Program-made: the position numbers and the translations under genes
In this document: in pieces, positions 8,168 through 18,436 of the stretch
Position numbering within the stretch: position 1 is the first letter of the stretch
Layout of the letters: each line of letters starts with the position of its first letter
Assembly (NCBI GenBank): GCA_963767925.1
Contig: CAVYGB010000002.1
Location: 1,856,001-1,920,000 of the forward strand
Length of the DNA: 64,000 bases
Reading direction: 5' to 3'
DNA from: an uncultured delta proteobacterium
Lineage (GTDB): Bacteria; Myxococcota_A; Polyangia; Fen-1088
Notes under the pieces: generated by a model
Databases searched by the model: none
What the model was told of the DNA's origin: nothing
What the model saw: only the letters and a program-made list of their open reading frames with translations

Positions 8168-9903
8168 GGGGCGTCTCCTTTGCTGCGGAACAGGAACGAA
8201 TCGGTCTGGGAGTAGGCCACGAACAGCTCGCGCAGGTCGCCGCCCGAGCGGGCCAGCGCGTCCTGCAGGGTGCTGACGCTGCAGCTATCCCGCTCGGTCT
8301 CCGCCCGGCCGGCCGCGAAGCGGAACCACTGCCGGGCCACGCAGTCGCCGACCATCTTGCTGCCGGCGAGCTTCTTGCCCAGCTCGACAACGCCGCTGAA
8401 CGGCCCGTCGACGTCGCTCATGTCGAGCTGGCCGCTCACGTCGATCGGCTTGCCCCGGTCGGTGGTGCGCCACTTGCCGATGGGGTCGAAGTTCTCGAAC
8501 CCGAAGCCGACCGGATCGATCATCTGGTGGCAGGCGCCACAGACCGGCTTGGCCATGCGGGCGTAGGCCCACTCGCGGGGGGTCGTGTCGTCGGTGAAGG
8601 GCGGGTTCTCGTCCTGGGCGTTGGGGGGCGGGTCGGGCACCGGCTGGCACAGCAGGCTCTCGCGCACGAAGATCCCCCGGAACACCAGGGAGGTGAGGCC
8701 GTCGTCGGGCGTGCCGTGCACGGCGAGGAACCCTGCCTGGGTCAACACGCCGGAGGTGCGGGTGGCGTCGAGCGCGACCTTCTCGTAGGCCTCCCCGGCC
8801 GGTCCGCTGACCCCGTAGTAGCCGGCCAGCGGCTTGTTCAGGAAGGAGAACGGCGCCGTCAGGAAGGTGCTCAGCTTGCCGCCGCCCTCCTTCGACAGGA
8901 CGTACTCCAGGAAGCGATCGGTCTCGACCCGCATCGCCTGGCGCAGCTCGGGCTTCCAGGCGGGCAGGGTGGCCTCGTCCTTGTCGAGCGTGTCCATCTG
9001 GTCGAGGTGCAGGAGCTGCTCGGTAAAATCGGTCACCGTCGCCAGAAAGCGCGGGTCGTCGACCATGCGCCGGGCCTGGGCCATCACCTCGGCCGGTTTC
9101 TGCAGCTTGTTGGCCTCGGCCGCGCTCAGCAGCTCGCCGTCGGGCATCGACCCCCACAGCAGGTACGACAGGCGCGCGGCCACCTCGTAGGAGGTGAGCT
9201 GGGCGAAGGCCGTGCCGGCGATCGGGATGCCCTGCTCGTAGCGGTACAGGAACTGCGGGGAGATCAACATGACGGTCAGGACCGCCTCGATCCCGCTGGC
9301 GAAGCTGGGCGCGCCGCCGGCGGCGCTGGTCTTGCCGTCCTGGAAGGCCGCCGTGAGGTTCTGCCGCTCGCCGGCGGTGAGCGGCCGCCGCCAGGCCCGC
9401 TTGCCGAAGGTGTCGAGCAGCTTGTCGAGGCAGACCTGCTCGCCGTCGGCCGCCGGGTCGCAGGTCAGGACCTGCGGCAGGTCGGCCGCCGCCGCGCCGG
9501 CCAGCTTCTCGGCCGCCTTCATGTAGCCGGCCACCATCACGTCGGAGGCCGAGCGGGCGTCGGCGTCATTGGCGAACCCGCGCGCCGGCCGGCCGTCCTC
9601 GGGGAGATCGCCGCTCACGTCGCGGGGCCCGCCGAACAGGTCGCGCACGGTGTTGAGATATTCGGTGCGGGTCAGCAGCCGCAGCGGCGAGGGCCCCGGG
9701 TCCAGCTTGCACCCGGCCGCGCGCGGTGGCTCCGGGATGGGCGTGGCCGAGGCGGGGTCCGGCGGGTTGCCAGCGGGGCCGCTCCCCGTCGAGCCGGGAC
9801 CCCTGCCGTCGGGGCCGATGGCGCCCGAGCAGGCGCCGCCCAGCAGGGCGACGAGCAGCAGAGCTTTCGAACCGGCGCTGGGAGCTGGGGGGCTGAAGGG
9901 CAT
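8164..9903 (-). CDS. DUF1587/1595/1592/1588/1585 lipoprotein with CxxCH
   Basis: Lipobox LGGAC; LTRTEYLNTVRDL, LSYLLWGSMPD, GVLTQAGFL and CGACH..IDPVGFGFENFD motifs. Confidence 0.9.
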   Translation of the reverse strand: MPFSPPAPSAGSKALLLVALLGGACSGAIGPDGRGPGSTGSGPAGNPPDPASATPIPEPPRAAGCKLDPGPSPLRLLTRTEYLNTVRDLFGGPRDVSGDLPEDGRPARGFANDADARSASDVMVAGYMKAAEKLAGAAAADLPQVLTCDPAADGEQVCLDKLLDTFGKRAWRRPLTAGERQNLTAAFQDGKTSAAGGAPSFASGIEAVLTVMLISPQFLYRYEQGIPIAGTAFAQLTSYEVAARLSYLLWGSMPDGELLSAAEANKLQKPAEVMAQARRMVDDPRFLATVTDFTEQLLHLDQMDTLDKDEATLPAWKPELRQAMRVETDRFLEYVLSKEGGGKLSTFLTAPFSFLNKPLAGYYGVSGPAGEAYEKVALDATRTSGVLTQAGFLAVHGTPDDGLTSLVFRGIFVRESLLCQPVPDPPPNAQDENPPFTDDTTPREWAYARMAKPVCGACHQMIDPVGFGFENFDPIGKWRTTDRGKPIDVSGQLDMSDVDGPFSGVVELGKKLAGSKMVGDCVARQWFRFAAGRAETERDSCSVSTLQDALARSGGDLRELFVAYSQTDSFLFRSKGDAP

Positions 9904-10023
9904 ACGAACCTCCCGCGAGGGGCCGCGGTCTCTCCAGAGATCGAAGTGACGTCCCCCATGGTTCAGGTGGCGAGTAAGTTTTTGTCACATTGAAAGCGCT
10001 CGCCTCCAGGTAACTGGCTGTAT

Positions 10024-10393
10024 TCACTGAAGCTCTGTCCTATGTCGGTGACAATCCCCGACACCGTCCCACGAGAGCGCGCAGCGGGCGGGCATCGGCT
10101 GCAGGTCGGCGTCGGCGAAGTCGCCGAGGGCGCGGGCGATCCGCTCGGGCTGCAGGGGCAGGGCGGCGGCGGCGTGGTCGATGAAGCGGAGGAGCGCTCG
10201 AGCGTGTCCTGCAGCCGATCGGCGTCGAAGGCCTCGCCGCTGAACCAGTCGAGGTCGCTGGACACCCGGTGGCGCAGCCGCAGGGCCAGCCCGGTGCCCC
10301 CCGCCAGGAAGAACGCCCCCCCGCGCACGGCGGTCGCCTGCACCTTGATGATCCGGATCTTCACCGCGTCGAGCGCCGCGAAGAGGGGCGGGA
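10024..10393 (-). pseudogene. AbiEii/AbiGii-type nucleotidyltransferase remnant (internal deletion)
   Basis: FFLAGGTGLALRLRHRVSSDLDWFS (N-terminal motif) is joined out of frame near 10195 to ...RALGDFADADLQPMP..LSWDGV (C-terminal motif). Confidence 0.7.
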
Positions 10394-10441
10394 GGCGACT
10401 ACCCGCTGGCTGTTTGCCCTCTCCCCGCGGCCGGCTGCGGC
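10394..10441. repeat. Partial REP-like element
   Basis: GGCGACTACCCGCTGGCTGTTTGCCCTCTCCCC... is a near-identical inverted copy of about 43216-43263. Confidence 0.75.
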
Positions 10442-10454
10442 CGCCGCCGATCCG

Positions 10455-11036
10455 TCAGCCGGCGGCGGCGTCCAGGTTCGCGACCACCGCGGCCAGCGCG
10501 GGGGCGGGGGTGACGGCGATGCGGATGGAAAACAGCGTCCGCTCGTTGCCGACCCGCGCGAGCTCGACCTTCGCCTGGCCGAACAGCTTGCGGCAGTAGG
10601 CCAGCAGCTCCGGGGCCACGGTGGCGTAGGTGTCGTCGCTGCTGGGGGCCAGCAGGCGGTCGTTGATCCGGAACAGCCACTCGTCGGTGCGAAACTTCAG
10701 GCCGGCCAGGCCCGGATCGGCTTCGAGGAGCTGGGCGGCGCGGGCGACGTGGGAGAAGGCATCGGCCAGGCGGGCCCCCGCCGGCGGCTCGGCGCGCTTG
10801 CGGTTGTAGAGCAGGCCCGGGCGGCCTTCCCCCTCGTCCAGGAAGTAGTCGGCGCCATGGCCGATCAGCACAACGCCGGGACCCTGGGGGACGTGGGCGT
10901 AGTTGGCCACGTCGATCAGCGTGTCGTCCTTCAGGACCGCGTCCTTGATCCAGCGGTGGAACACCGGGATGAACGCCTCGAGGGAGACCGTGCCCTTCTC
11001 GACGAAGAGCTTGAGCTGCAGCTTGTGTGCGTCCAT
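10455..11036 (-). CDS. Conserved hypothetical protein downstream of sulfite reductase
   Basis: Clean 193-aa ORF containing FIPVFHRWI...LIDVANYAHVPQGPGVVLIGH. Co-oriented with the reductase. Confidence 0.75.
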   Translation of the reverse strand: MDAHKLQLKLFVEKGTVSLEAFIPVFHRWIKDAVLKDDTLIDVANYAHVPQGPGVVLIGHGADYFLDEGEGRPGLLYNRKRAEPPAGARLADAFSHVARAAQLLEADPGLAGLKFRTDEWLFRINDRLLAPSSDDTYATVAPELLAYCRKLFGQAKVELARVGNERTLFSIRIAVTPAPALAAVVANLDAAAG

Positions 11037-11073
11037 GGCTTGCTGGTCCTGACCTTCCGTCGCCCGTTGCCGC

Positions 11074-13354
11074 TCAGGCCGGGATGAGCGGCGCCGGCGC
11101 CTCCGCCCCCAGCCCCGCCCCCAGGCGGGTGTAGCACTGGTGGGCGGCGTCCACGAAGAGCTGGGCCTCCTCGATGATCTGGTGGGCCGCCTCCTTGCTG
11201 GCGGCGCTGGCCCGGTCGTCGTGGATGCGGAAGAAGTACTGCGCGAACTTGCCGCCCGCGTAGGGGTCGAAGAACAGCTTGGTGTCGTAGAAGAAGCGGC
11301 GGAACTCCCCCACCACCTCGTCGGGCTCGTTGCCCAGGTTGGGGTTGCGCTCGCGGGCCAGGGCCCGCGCCGCCTGCAACATGGCGCTGTAGGCCCGGGC
11401 CGCGGCGGGGGCCAGCTTGCCCTCGTCCAGCAGGAGCTGGGCCTCGAAGATCTCCCGCTCGGCGGCGGCCAGCCCCATCTCGACGTAGGGGACCACCTCG
11501 CCCGCGCACTCGCCGACCCCCATGTCGTTGATGGTGTATTCGCGGGGATCGCCCCAGTCGCTGTAGAAGCTGCGGTCCTGATCGTAGGCCGGCAGGGCCT
11601 GCAGCTCCTCGACCATCGCCCGGATTGTCTTCTTGCCGATGCGGTCGACGAAGGTCTGGAAGTTCTCGCCCTCGTTGCGCTCGCGCGCGTACCGCTCGGT
11701 GATCCGCCGGGTAAACTCGGGCACCCGCTTGGATGGGATGGCCCCGATCGCCAGGCCGTACGAGGCGCCGTTGCGCGTCCACTCGCCTCCGATGACGAGC
11801 TGGAAGTGGGGCACCCGCCGGCCGCTGACGTTGCGGCTGACGCCGAGGAACCCGATGTCGGCCACGTGGTGCTGCCCGCAGGAGTTGAAGCACCCGCTGG
11901 TCTTGATGTGCAGCCCGCGGGCCTGCGGGTTCTGGTCGATGCCGCTGGTCTGTCAGCTCGCGCCGCAGCTCCGCCGCCAGCGCCCGCGACGAGGAGATCC
12001 CCAGCTTGCAGGTGTCGGTGCCCGGGCAGGCCGTGATGTCCGAGATGGTGCCCGCCCCCGGCAAAGCGAGCTGGGCCGCCGCCAGCTCGCGGTAGACCGC
12101 CGGCAGGTCGGCCTCGCTCACCCAGCGCAGCAGCATGTTCTGGTCGACGGTGGTGCGCAGGCTGTCGCCGGTGTACTTGCGGGCGATGTCGGACAGGGCC
12201 CGGGCCTGGTCGGCCGTCAGGTCGCCGAGGGGCAAGGTGAGGATGGCCACCGCGTAGCCGGGCTGGCTCTGGGCCAGCACGTTGCTGGCCCGCCAGGCCT
12301 CGAACCCGTCGGGGTAGGGGCCGGCGGGCAGGGTCCCCGGCGGGCGCAGCGGCGTCTCGTCGGTGACGTGCAGGTCGGCCAGGAAGGCGGTCCAGCGCGG
12401 GTCGGTCCGCAGCAGCTTGCGCTCCTCCAGGACCAGCCGCTTGAACTCGGGGAAGCCGAGCTTCTTGACCAGGAACTTGACCCGCGCGCGCTGGCGGTTC
12501 GCCTTCTCCCCCAGCCGTCCGAACACCCGCGCCACCGCCTGGGTCATCGGCAGCAGCTCCTCCTCGGGCAGGAACTCGTCGAAGAGCTGGGCGGCGTAGG
12601 GGACGGCGCCGAGCCCGCCCCCGACGTAATAGCCGAAGCCCCGCTTCGGCTGCCCGTCCACCATGCGGGTCTGGGCGATGCAGCCCACGTCGTGGAAGTT
12701 GGTCAGCCCGCAGGCCTCACCGTGGCAGCCGGAGAAGGCCACCTTGAACTTGCGCCCGAAGTCCTGGGTGTCGTCGTGCCCCAGCAGGAAGTAGGTGATC
12801 GCGTTCGCGTAGGGCGTGACGTCGAAGGACTCGGTCTTGCACACGCCGGCCAGGGGGCAGGCGGTGACGTTGCGGACGGTGTTGCCGCAGGCCTCGCGGG
12901 TGGTGATCCCCACCGCGGCCAGGCGGCGCATGAGGTCCGGCGTGTCCTCGATGTGGATGAAGTGGAGCTGGAAATCCTGGCGGGTCGTCACGTGCAGGAT
13001 GCCGTCCGAGTACTCCTCGCAGATCTCGGCCAGGACATCGAGCTGCTCGGCGGTGAGTCGGCCCATGGGGATCTTGATCCGCTGCATGCCGGGGGCGTCC
13101 CACATCGTGCTGGGGCCCTTCGTGATCTCGCCCGAGGGGAACACGACGTTCTGGGTGCGCTCGCCGTCGTGGCGCTGCCCGTTGTCGTACCGCTGGCCGT
13201 AGACGCCGCGGCGCAGGCGCGTCTCCGCGAAGAGCTTCTCTTCTATCTTTCCAAGCTTGCGCAGCTCAATCTGCGTCTCGAAAATGTCGATCTCGCGGGC
13301 CAGCGCCTCGGGCATGGTGTCCCCGAGCTTCGCGGTCCAGCTGGCCTTGGCCAT
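11074..13354 (-). CDS. Siroheme/4Fe-4S nitrite/sulfite reductase, frameshift near 11951
   Basis: GVYGQR, HVTTRQDFQLH, ACGNTVRNV and CPGTDTC lie in one frame. KTSGCFNSCGQHHVADIG and the C-terminal domain lie in another. RBS AAGGA before ATG 13354. Confidence 0.9.
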
Positions 13355-13477
13355 GGCGTTTCCTTCCATGAAACTGTGGGCGAGTTTTTGCAGCTACCGG
13401 TGTCCGTGGCAAGTCGTACCCACCTCTCGGGGGCGGGCGCCGTGCGTCGCGACGGCCGGACGAGCCGAGTCATGGGC

Positions 13478-13502
13478 ATTTTTCCAACCGTCTCGGTCAG
13501 GT
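13478..13502. promoter_or_regulatory. Possible Rrf2 (IscR/CymR-type) site
   Basis: TTTTTCCAACCGTCTCGGTCAGGT resembles the YYGAC-N7-GTCRR pattern and lies upstream of a sulfur-assimilation-type gene. Confidence 0.25.
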
Positions 13503-13630
13503 GGGCCGTTTGACGCCGAAACCAGTATGCTGTGCCGCCAGGCCTCCCCACTCCCCCTGGAGGATCTCTCTCTGACCTCCCGCGGAGGGTTCCGCCAGCC
13601 CTTCCCGCGGACCTTACCAACGATGCCAAG

Positions 13631-15706
13631 ATGCGGCTGACAAGACCTGCGCTCCTCACTTTCTTCCTGATCACCGGCTCCTGCCTGACCCAGCGGCAGA
13701 CGGGGCAAGATCCGTTTCGCCCCTCGCCCGCCGCGCCTCCGGGCACCGCGCCGGCGCCCGGCCCGCCCGGGCAACCGACCGCGGGCCCGGCCGCCCCCGT
13801 CGACGTCCTGACCCCGGCCGAGAGGGCGCTCGTCATCGAGAACGGGCAGGAGAAGTGGATCGACGCCGCCCAGGCCGAGGCCGCGGGCTACACCCTGATC
13901 GATCTCTCGGACAACTGGACGCCGTTCATCTTCGCCCCCCAGCTCTCGAGCACCGGGCGGCTGCTCAACAACCGCTACCGCGGCGTGTTCATCGGGCTGG
14001 CCAACGACCTCCTCGACGAGGACGGGCAGCCGATCGTCCCCGGGCAGAAGAACTACCTCGAGCTGTACGGCATCTTCCCCTCGTTCTCCGTCATCCGCGA
14101 CCGGGTGCTGGCCGACGCCGGCCGGAGCTGCCTGGACGACAACGCCCGCCTCGCCCTCGAGGGGGTCGAGTGGGTCTCGTACATCGCGCCGACCGCCCTG
14201 CGCCGCGAAGAGGCCCGGGTGGCCCGCCTGCGCAAGGAGCTCGAGCAGGCCCGCCGCCAGTACCGGGTCCGCACCCTCGACCTCCTGGTCGAGCGGGTGC
14301 CCACCCTGGCCCCCAAGCTCAAGCTCGTGCGCAAGCGCGCCGCCGACAAGGTGGCGCTGGCCGCGGTGGAGAAGCGGCTCGCCTGCGAGGGCTTCCTCAA
14401 GCCGGGCTCCAAGCACAAGCCGGGCCTGTACGACGAGCCCCTGCGCGAGGCGGTCCGCCTGTTCCAGCTCAAGCACATGATCTACGAGGCGAACTACCTG
14501 CGCCGCATGACCCTCGACACCATGGAGCGGGACCTCCCCATCAACAACCAGCGCTCGGCCCTGCGGACCCTGCGCGAACGGGTGGTGGCCGCCGCCGCCA
14601 TCCTCGAGGACGGCACCGTGCCCGAGGCCGTGCTGGGTCCGTCGGCCAACCTGGCCGAGGATTACACCGCCATCGCCGCCCGGGCCCTCGGGATCGACAC
14701 GCCCGAGGGGGCGGAGGCCTTCTTCCAGCGCCGCCAGCCGGGCGACTTCAAGCACCTGCGCGCGGCGGTCAAGCTGCCGCCGCGACCGGCCTACTACCGC
14801 CCGGACATGGACCTCTCGATCGTGATCGATCGGGGCGACGTCTGGTACGACCTGCCCTGGGACGAGACCGGCGAGCGGCAGCCCCAGCCGCGCAAGAAGT
14901 TCCCCACCTTCACCCTGTTCGTGAACCACGAGGGGCAGAAGCTGCCCCTGGTCCGCTGGCGCACCACCGTCGGGGGCTGGCGGGCCGAGCAGGCCCCCGA
15001 CGGCTACGAATACTTCCGTTACAAGGGCTCGGACGTGGGCGAGCGGGTCATCAAGATGGTGGCCGCTGGCCCGGTCTGGGTGGCGCCCGCCTCGACCCCC
15101 ATCCGCGCGCTGGTCAAGCCCAAGTCGATCGGGGGCAAGCGCCGCCTGGTGGTCAACTACGACGAGCTGGGGCCCGGCTTCCTCTCGGCCTACGGCCTGG
15201 TGGCCGGCTATTTCGTCATCCCCGGCGTCGACGGCAAGCGCGACTTCGACAACGGCATCCGGGCCCACGGCTCGGCCGAATACCTCTCGATGTACAGCCC
15301 GGTCGGCTATTCGCACGGCTGCCACCGGCTGCCCAACCACCTCGCGATCCGGATGTATTCGTACGTCCTGCGCCACCGGAAGATGCGCCCGATCGGGGAC
15401 ATGTCCCTCAACAAGGAGCGGCAGTTCCTGCACCGGGACGAGGTGTTCGAGATCCGTTTGCCTTCCAAGGGGTTCGGCTACGTCCTCGACCCGCCCCTGC
15501 CGGTAGAGGTGCTGGAGGGCGACATCAAGGGTGACCTCAAAGAGCCGGTGCTGGGGTATGTTCCCAAGCCGGGGACGATCTACCCGGGGCCCCCCCCGCC
15601 CCTGCCGGGTGAATCGCCCGAGGAGCGCGCGGGCGGCGGCGGTGGTGGACCCCCAGCCGATCCCAAGACGGCCCCCCCCGAAGAGCAACCGGAGGCCAAG
15701 CTGTGA
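13631..15706 (+). CDS. L,D-transpeptidase (YkuD) lipoprotein with peptidoglycan-binding-like segment
   Basis: Lipobox-like ITGSC, GLYDEPLREAVRLFQ, and catalytic HGS...SHGCHRL. Confidence 0.8.
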   Translation: MRLTRPALLTFFLITGSCLTQRQTGQDPFRPSPAAPPGTAPAPGPPGQPTAGPAAPVDVLTPAERALVIENGQEKWIDAAQAEAAGYTLIDLSDNWTPFIFAPQLSSTGRLLNNRYRGVFIGLANDLLDEDGQPIVPGQKNYLELYGIFPSFSVIRDRVLADAGRSCLDDNARLALEGVEWVSYIAPTALRREEARVARLRKELEQARRQYRVRTLDLLVERVPTLAPKLKLVRKRAADKVALAAVEKRLACEGFLKPGSKHKPGLYDEPLREAVRLFQLKHMIYEANYLRRMTLDTMERDLPINNQRSALRTLRERVVAAAAILEDGTVPEAVLGPSANLAEDYTAIAARALGIDTPEGAEAFFQRRQPGDFKHLRAAVKLPPRPAYYRPDMDLSIVIDRGDVWYDLPWDETGERQPQPRKKFPTFTLFVNHEGQKLPLVRWRTTVGGWRAEQAPDGYEYFRYKGSDVGERVIKMVAAGPVWVAPASTPIRALVKPKSIGGKRRLVVNYDELGPGFLSAYGLVAGYFVIPGVDGKRDFDNGIRAHGSAEYLSMYSPVGYSHGCHRLPNHLAIRMYSYVLRHRKMRPIGDMSLNKERQFLHRDEVFEIRLPSKGFGYVLDPPLPVEVLEGDIKGDLKEPVLGYVPKPGTIYPGPPPPLPGESPEERAGGGGGGPPADPKTAPPEEQPEAKL

Positions 15707-16531
15707 GCAGCCCGGAAGAGCCGGACGACAAACCGGAAGACACCCCGGGCAGGCCGCAAGCCAGCCCGCACGACCGGCCGCAAGGCTGGCACCCGGAAGG
15801 AACGCCCGCGGCGCCGGCCCGCCCGACCCACCCCTCCGGCTGGCCGCCCGTGCGGCGTAGCCCGTTCGGCCAGCGGGTGCTGCTGTTCTCGATCGCCCTC
15901 GGCCTGGGGGGCTTCTTCGGCTTCTCCGCCCTGCGCCGGGTCCACCCCAGCTCGTCGAAGGACGCCGAGCCGCTGTGGGCCCCCGGCACCGCCCTGGCCG
16001 CCCAGGCCCCGGCGCCGCCCGCGCCCGTCCCCTCCGGCGCCGTGCCCGACGGCGGCGCTGGCGACGCCCCCGACATGGTGAAGATCACCTTCCAGACCGT
16101 CCCCCCGGTCAAGGCCGAGGTGTTCTGGGGCCGCAAGCGCCTCGGCATCATCAACGGCGCCCGGCGCCCGCCCATCAAGCCGCTCATCGTCGAGCGCCTG
16201 CGCGACAGCGGCCCTATCGACGTGATGGTCACCTCCGAGGGCTTCCTGCCGGTCCACACCCGCGCCTATACGTTCACCGACACGAAGGTCAACGTGAAGC
16301 TGACCTTGCTGACCGAGAAGCACCTGCTCCTCGGCTTCAAGCAGGCCCTCCCCGACGCTGGCGCCGACGGCGCCGTCGACGACGGCGGCAACCCCCTCCC
16401 GCCCCCGCCCGGCCCCCTCCCACCCCCCGCCGTCTACGGCCCCGCCCCCCAGCCCGCCCCCGCCCCCCAGCCCGCTCCCCGCCCCCCAGCCCGCCCCCCC
16501 CACCCAGCCCGCCCCAGCGCCAGCGCCGTAG
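15703..16531 (+). CDS. Membrane-anchored PEGA-like hypothetical protein
   Basis: GTGA overlap with the LDT gene, a TM helix, and ITFQTVPPVKAEVFWGRKRLG. The likely true stop is TAG 16529-16531 (PTQPAPAPAP*) after an indel in a poly-C tract; the track ORF runs to 16683. Confidence 0.65.
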
Positions 16532-16554
16532 CGCACGGGCCACCGGGCGCCGTG

Positions 16555-16610
16555 GGCGCGTCTGCGCGCCGGGTGAGGGGCGCTCGACCCGGCAACCACC
16601 GGTCACCCTC
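16555..16610. repeat. Partial composite REP-like element
   Basis: GGCGCGTCTGCGCGCCGGGTGAGGGGC is identical to the segment starting near 58754. Confidence 0.7.
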
Positions 16611-16745
16611 CACTCGGCTCCATTGCGGCGCCACCGGTCGTTTTCGACAGTCGGCGACGGTCGGTCCAGCGCCGCCGGGCTGAGGCCCGGGGCGAGACAC
16701 CGCCCCATTCGCGCCCTCTTCGCGCATCTCGCGGGCGCTCCGGAA

Positions 16746-16761
16746 CGGCACCAAGCTTGCT
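16746..16761 (+). promoter_or_regulatory. Sigma-54 promoter
   Basis: CGGCACCAAGCTTGCT matches TGGCACG-N4-TTGC, about 60 bp before the ATG. Confidence 0.65.
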
Positions 16762-16822
16762 GTCCATCCGGCTCGACCGGATCGAACGATCCGCGCCGCT
16801 ACCCAGCCACCAAGGAGCGCCC

Positions 16823-17224
16823 ATGCACGTCACCGGCTCGACCGCCGCCCAGCCCACCTTCGCGATCGACGACAGCTTCCCGACCTCCGGCCCGGACTTC
16901 AAAGACCCCGGCCCGCCCGCCGCCGTCGACGGCTTCGACCCCGTCGCCGAGAACGACAACGCCGCCCTGTTCGACGCCAAGAAGCCCGGCGGCCGGGGCA
17001 ACACCATGCAGATCACCGTCGACTGCCCCGACGGCACCACCCCCACCGCCCAGGCCACCCCCAACAACGGCATGACCATCCTCTGCGTGGACAAGCCCAA
17101 GCCGGAAGACAGCGCCCCCGGCGAGCCCCCCAGCACGAAACCCCCCCAGGGCCCCAGCACGCCGCCCCCCCAGAATCCCAACCCCCCCACCGTCGGCCCC
17201 AGCGGCGCCCCCATCCTCGACTGA
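16823..17224 (+). CDS. Small acidic Pro-rich protein with C-X19-C motif
   Basis: RBS AAGGAG, ATG 16823, strong GC3 bias. Confidence 0.75.
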   Translation: MHVTGSTAAQPTFAIDDSFPTSGPDFKDPGPPAAVDGFDPVAENDNAALFDAKKPGGRGNTMQITVDCPDGTTPTAQATPNNGMTILCVDKPKPEDSAPGEPPSTKPPQGPSTPPPQNPNPPTVGPSGAPILD

Positions 17225-17245
17225 CCCCCTCACCCGGAGCCCACC

Positions 17246-17620
17246 ATGCAGATGCCGCCCTCCCCGCCGCCCCCCGACACCCGGCGCCAACCCGCGCCGT
17301 TCTCATCCTCCCGCAGCGTCTTTTCTCGCTCGGTCCGCCGCCTCCTCACCCACTCGATCCTCACCACCTTCGCCGTGACCACCCTCGCCACCGCCGCCTG
17401 CCGCAAGAAGCCCGCCGCCGAGCCGCCCCCCGGCGGCCCCCGCACCCCCACCGTCACCTTCGCCGGAAGCGAAGGCCGCCCTCCCCGTGTCGAAGACGTC
17501 CCCATCCCCGGCATCGACCCTCGCGTCGCCGTGAGCAAGAAGATCACCTGCCCCTCCGGCGCCGCCCCCCGCATCACTCACAAAGACGAGCAAACCATCA
17601 CCCTCGAATGCCCCCAATGA
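17246..17620 (+). CDS. Small lipoprotein with C-X19-C motif
   Basis: RBS GGAG and lipobox ATAAC; starts 21 bp after the previous gene. Confidence 0.7.
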   Translation: MQMPPSPPPPDTRRQPAPFSSSRSVFSRSVRRLLTHSILTTFAVTTLATAACRKKPAAEPPPGGPRTPTVTFAGSEGRPPRVEDVPIPGIDPRVAVSKKITCPSGAAPRITHKDEQTITLECPQ

Positions 17621-17717
17621 CCCGCCCCGGGCCGCCGCGCGGCCTCGGACGGCGGGCGGCGGCGGCGGGGCGGAGTGTCGGGCAGGGGCGGGGCGCCAGG
17701 GGCGTTACAATGCGGGC

Positions 17718-18248
17718 ATGAAGGCTTCTTGCTGGCTGCGCCGCGCGGGGCGGCTCCTCGTGGGCGTGATCGCGGTGCTGGCGATGGCGCCGGGGGCCCG
17801 GGGAGACGGGGATGGGGGGAGGTTGTCGACGATCTTGATCGTGCGGCATGCAGAGAAGGCGGGGCCTTCGGGCGATGTGCCCTTGAGCGAGGCGGGGAGG
17901 CGGCGGGCGGTCCGGCTGGCGGTGCTGTTGCGGGATGCGGGGATCGGGCGGATCTACACCTCGGAGCTGTTGCGCACCCGCCAGACCGCGGGGCCGCTCG
18001 GCAGTCGGATCGGCGTGACGCCCGAGGTGGTGCCGGCCGGGGCGGTCGACCTGCTGGTCGGGCATCTGCGGGGAGTGCCAGCAGGCGCAGCCGCGCTCGT
18101 CGTTCACCACAGCAACACCATCCCGACCATCGTCGAGAAGCTCGGAGGGCCAAAGCTGCCAGCCATCGCCGAGGAGGAGTTCGACCGCCTCCTGGTCCTC
18201 ACCCGTTCGCCCCAGGGCGCCGTACAGGTCGTCACCCTCCGCTACTGA
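17718..18248 (+). CDS. Exported histidine phosphatase family protein
   Basis: IVRHAEK, LSEAGRRRA, RTRQTA and HSNTIP motifs, plus a signal peptide. Confidence 0.85.
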   Translation: MKASCWLRRAGRLLVGVIAVLAMAPGARGDGDGGRLSTILIVRHAEKAGPSGDVPLSEAGRRRAVRLAVLLRDAGIGRIYTSELLRTRQTAGPLGSRIGVTPEVVPAGAVDLLVGHLRGVPAGAAALVVHHSNTIPTIVEKLGGPKLPAIAEEEFDRLLVLTRSPQGAVQVVTLRY

Positions 18249-18436
18249 CTGCCAGACGCCCGTCCCGATCGCACGGAGATGGCGAGGGTCAATCGGCTAT
18301 GCTGCTCCCCGCATGGGAGCCGTCGCTGGAGCCCGGGATGCGCTGGCGGCCAGCTTTGCGGCGTCCGGGGAGCAGAACTGGGCCCGGGCCGCCGAGGCGC
18401 CCACCTGGGGAATCTGGGGCGCGCCGGAGTCGGAGG

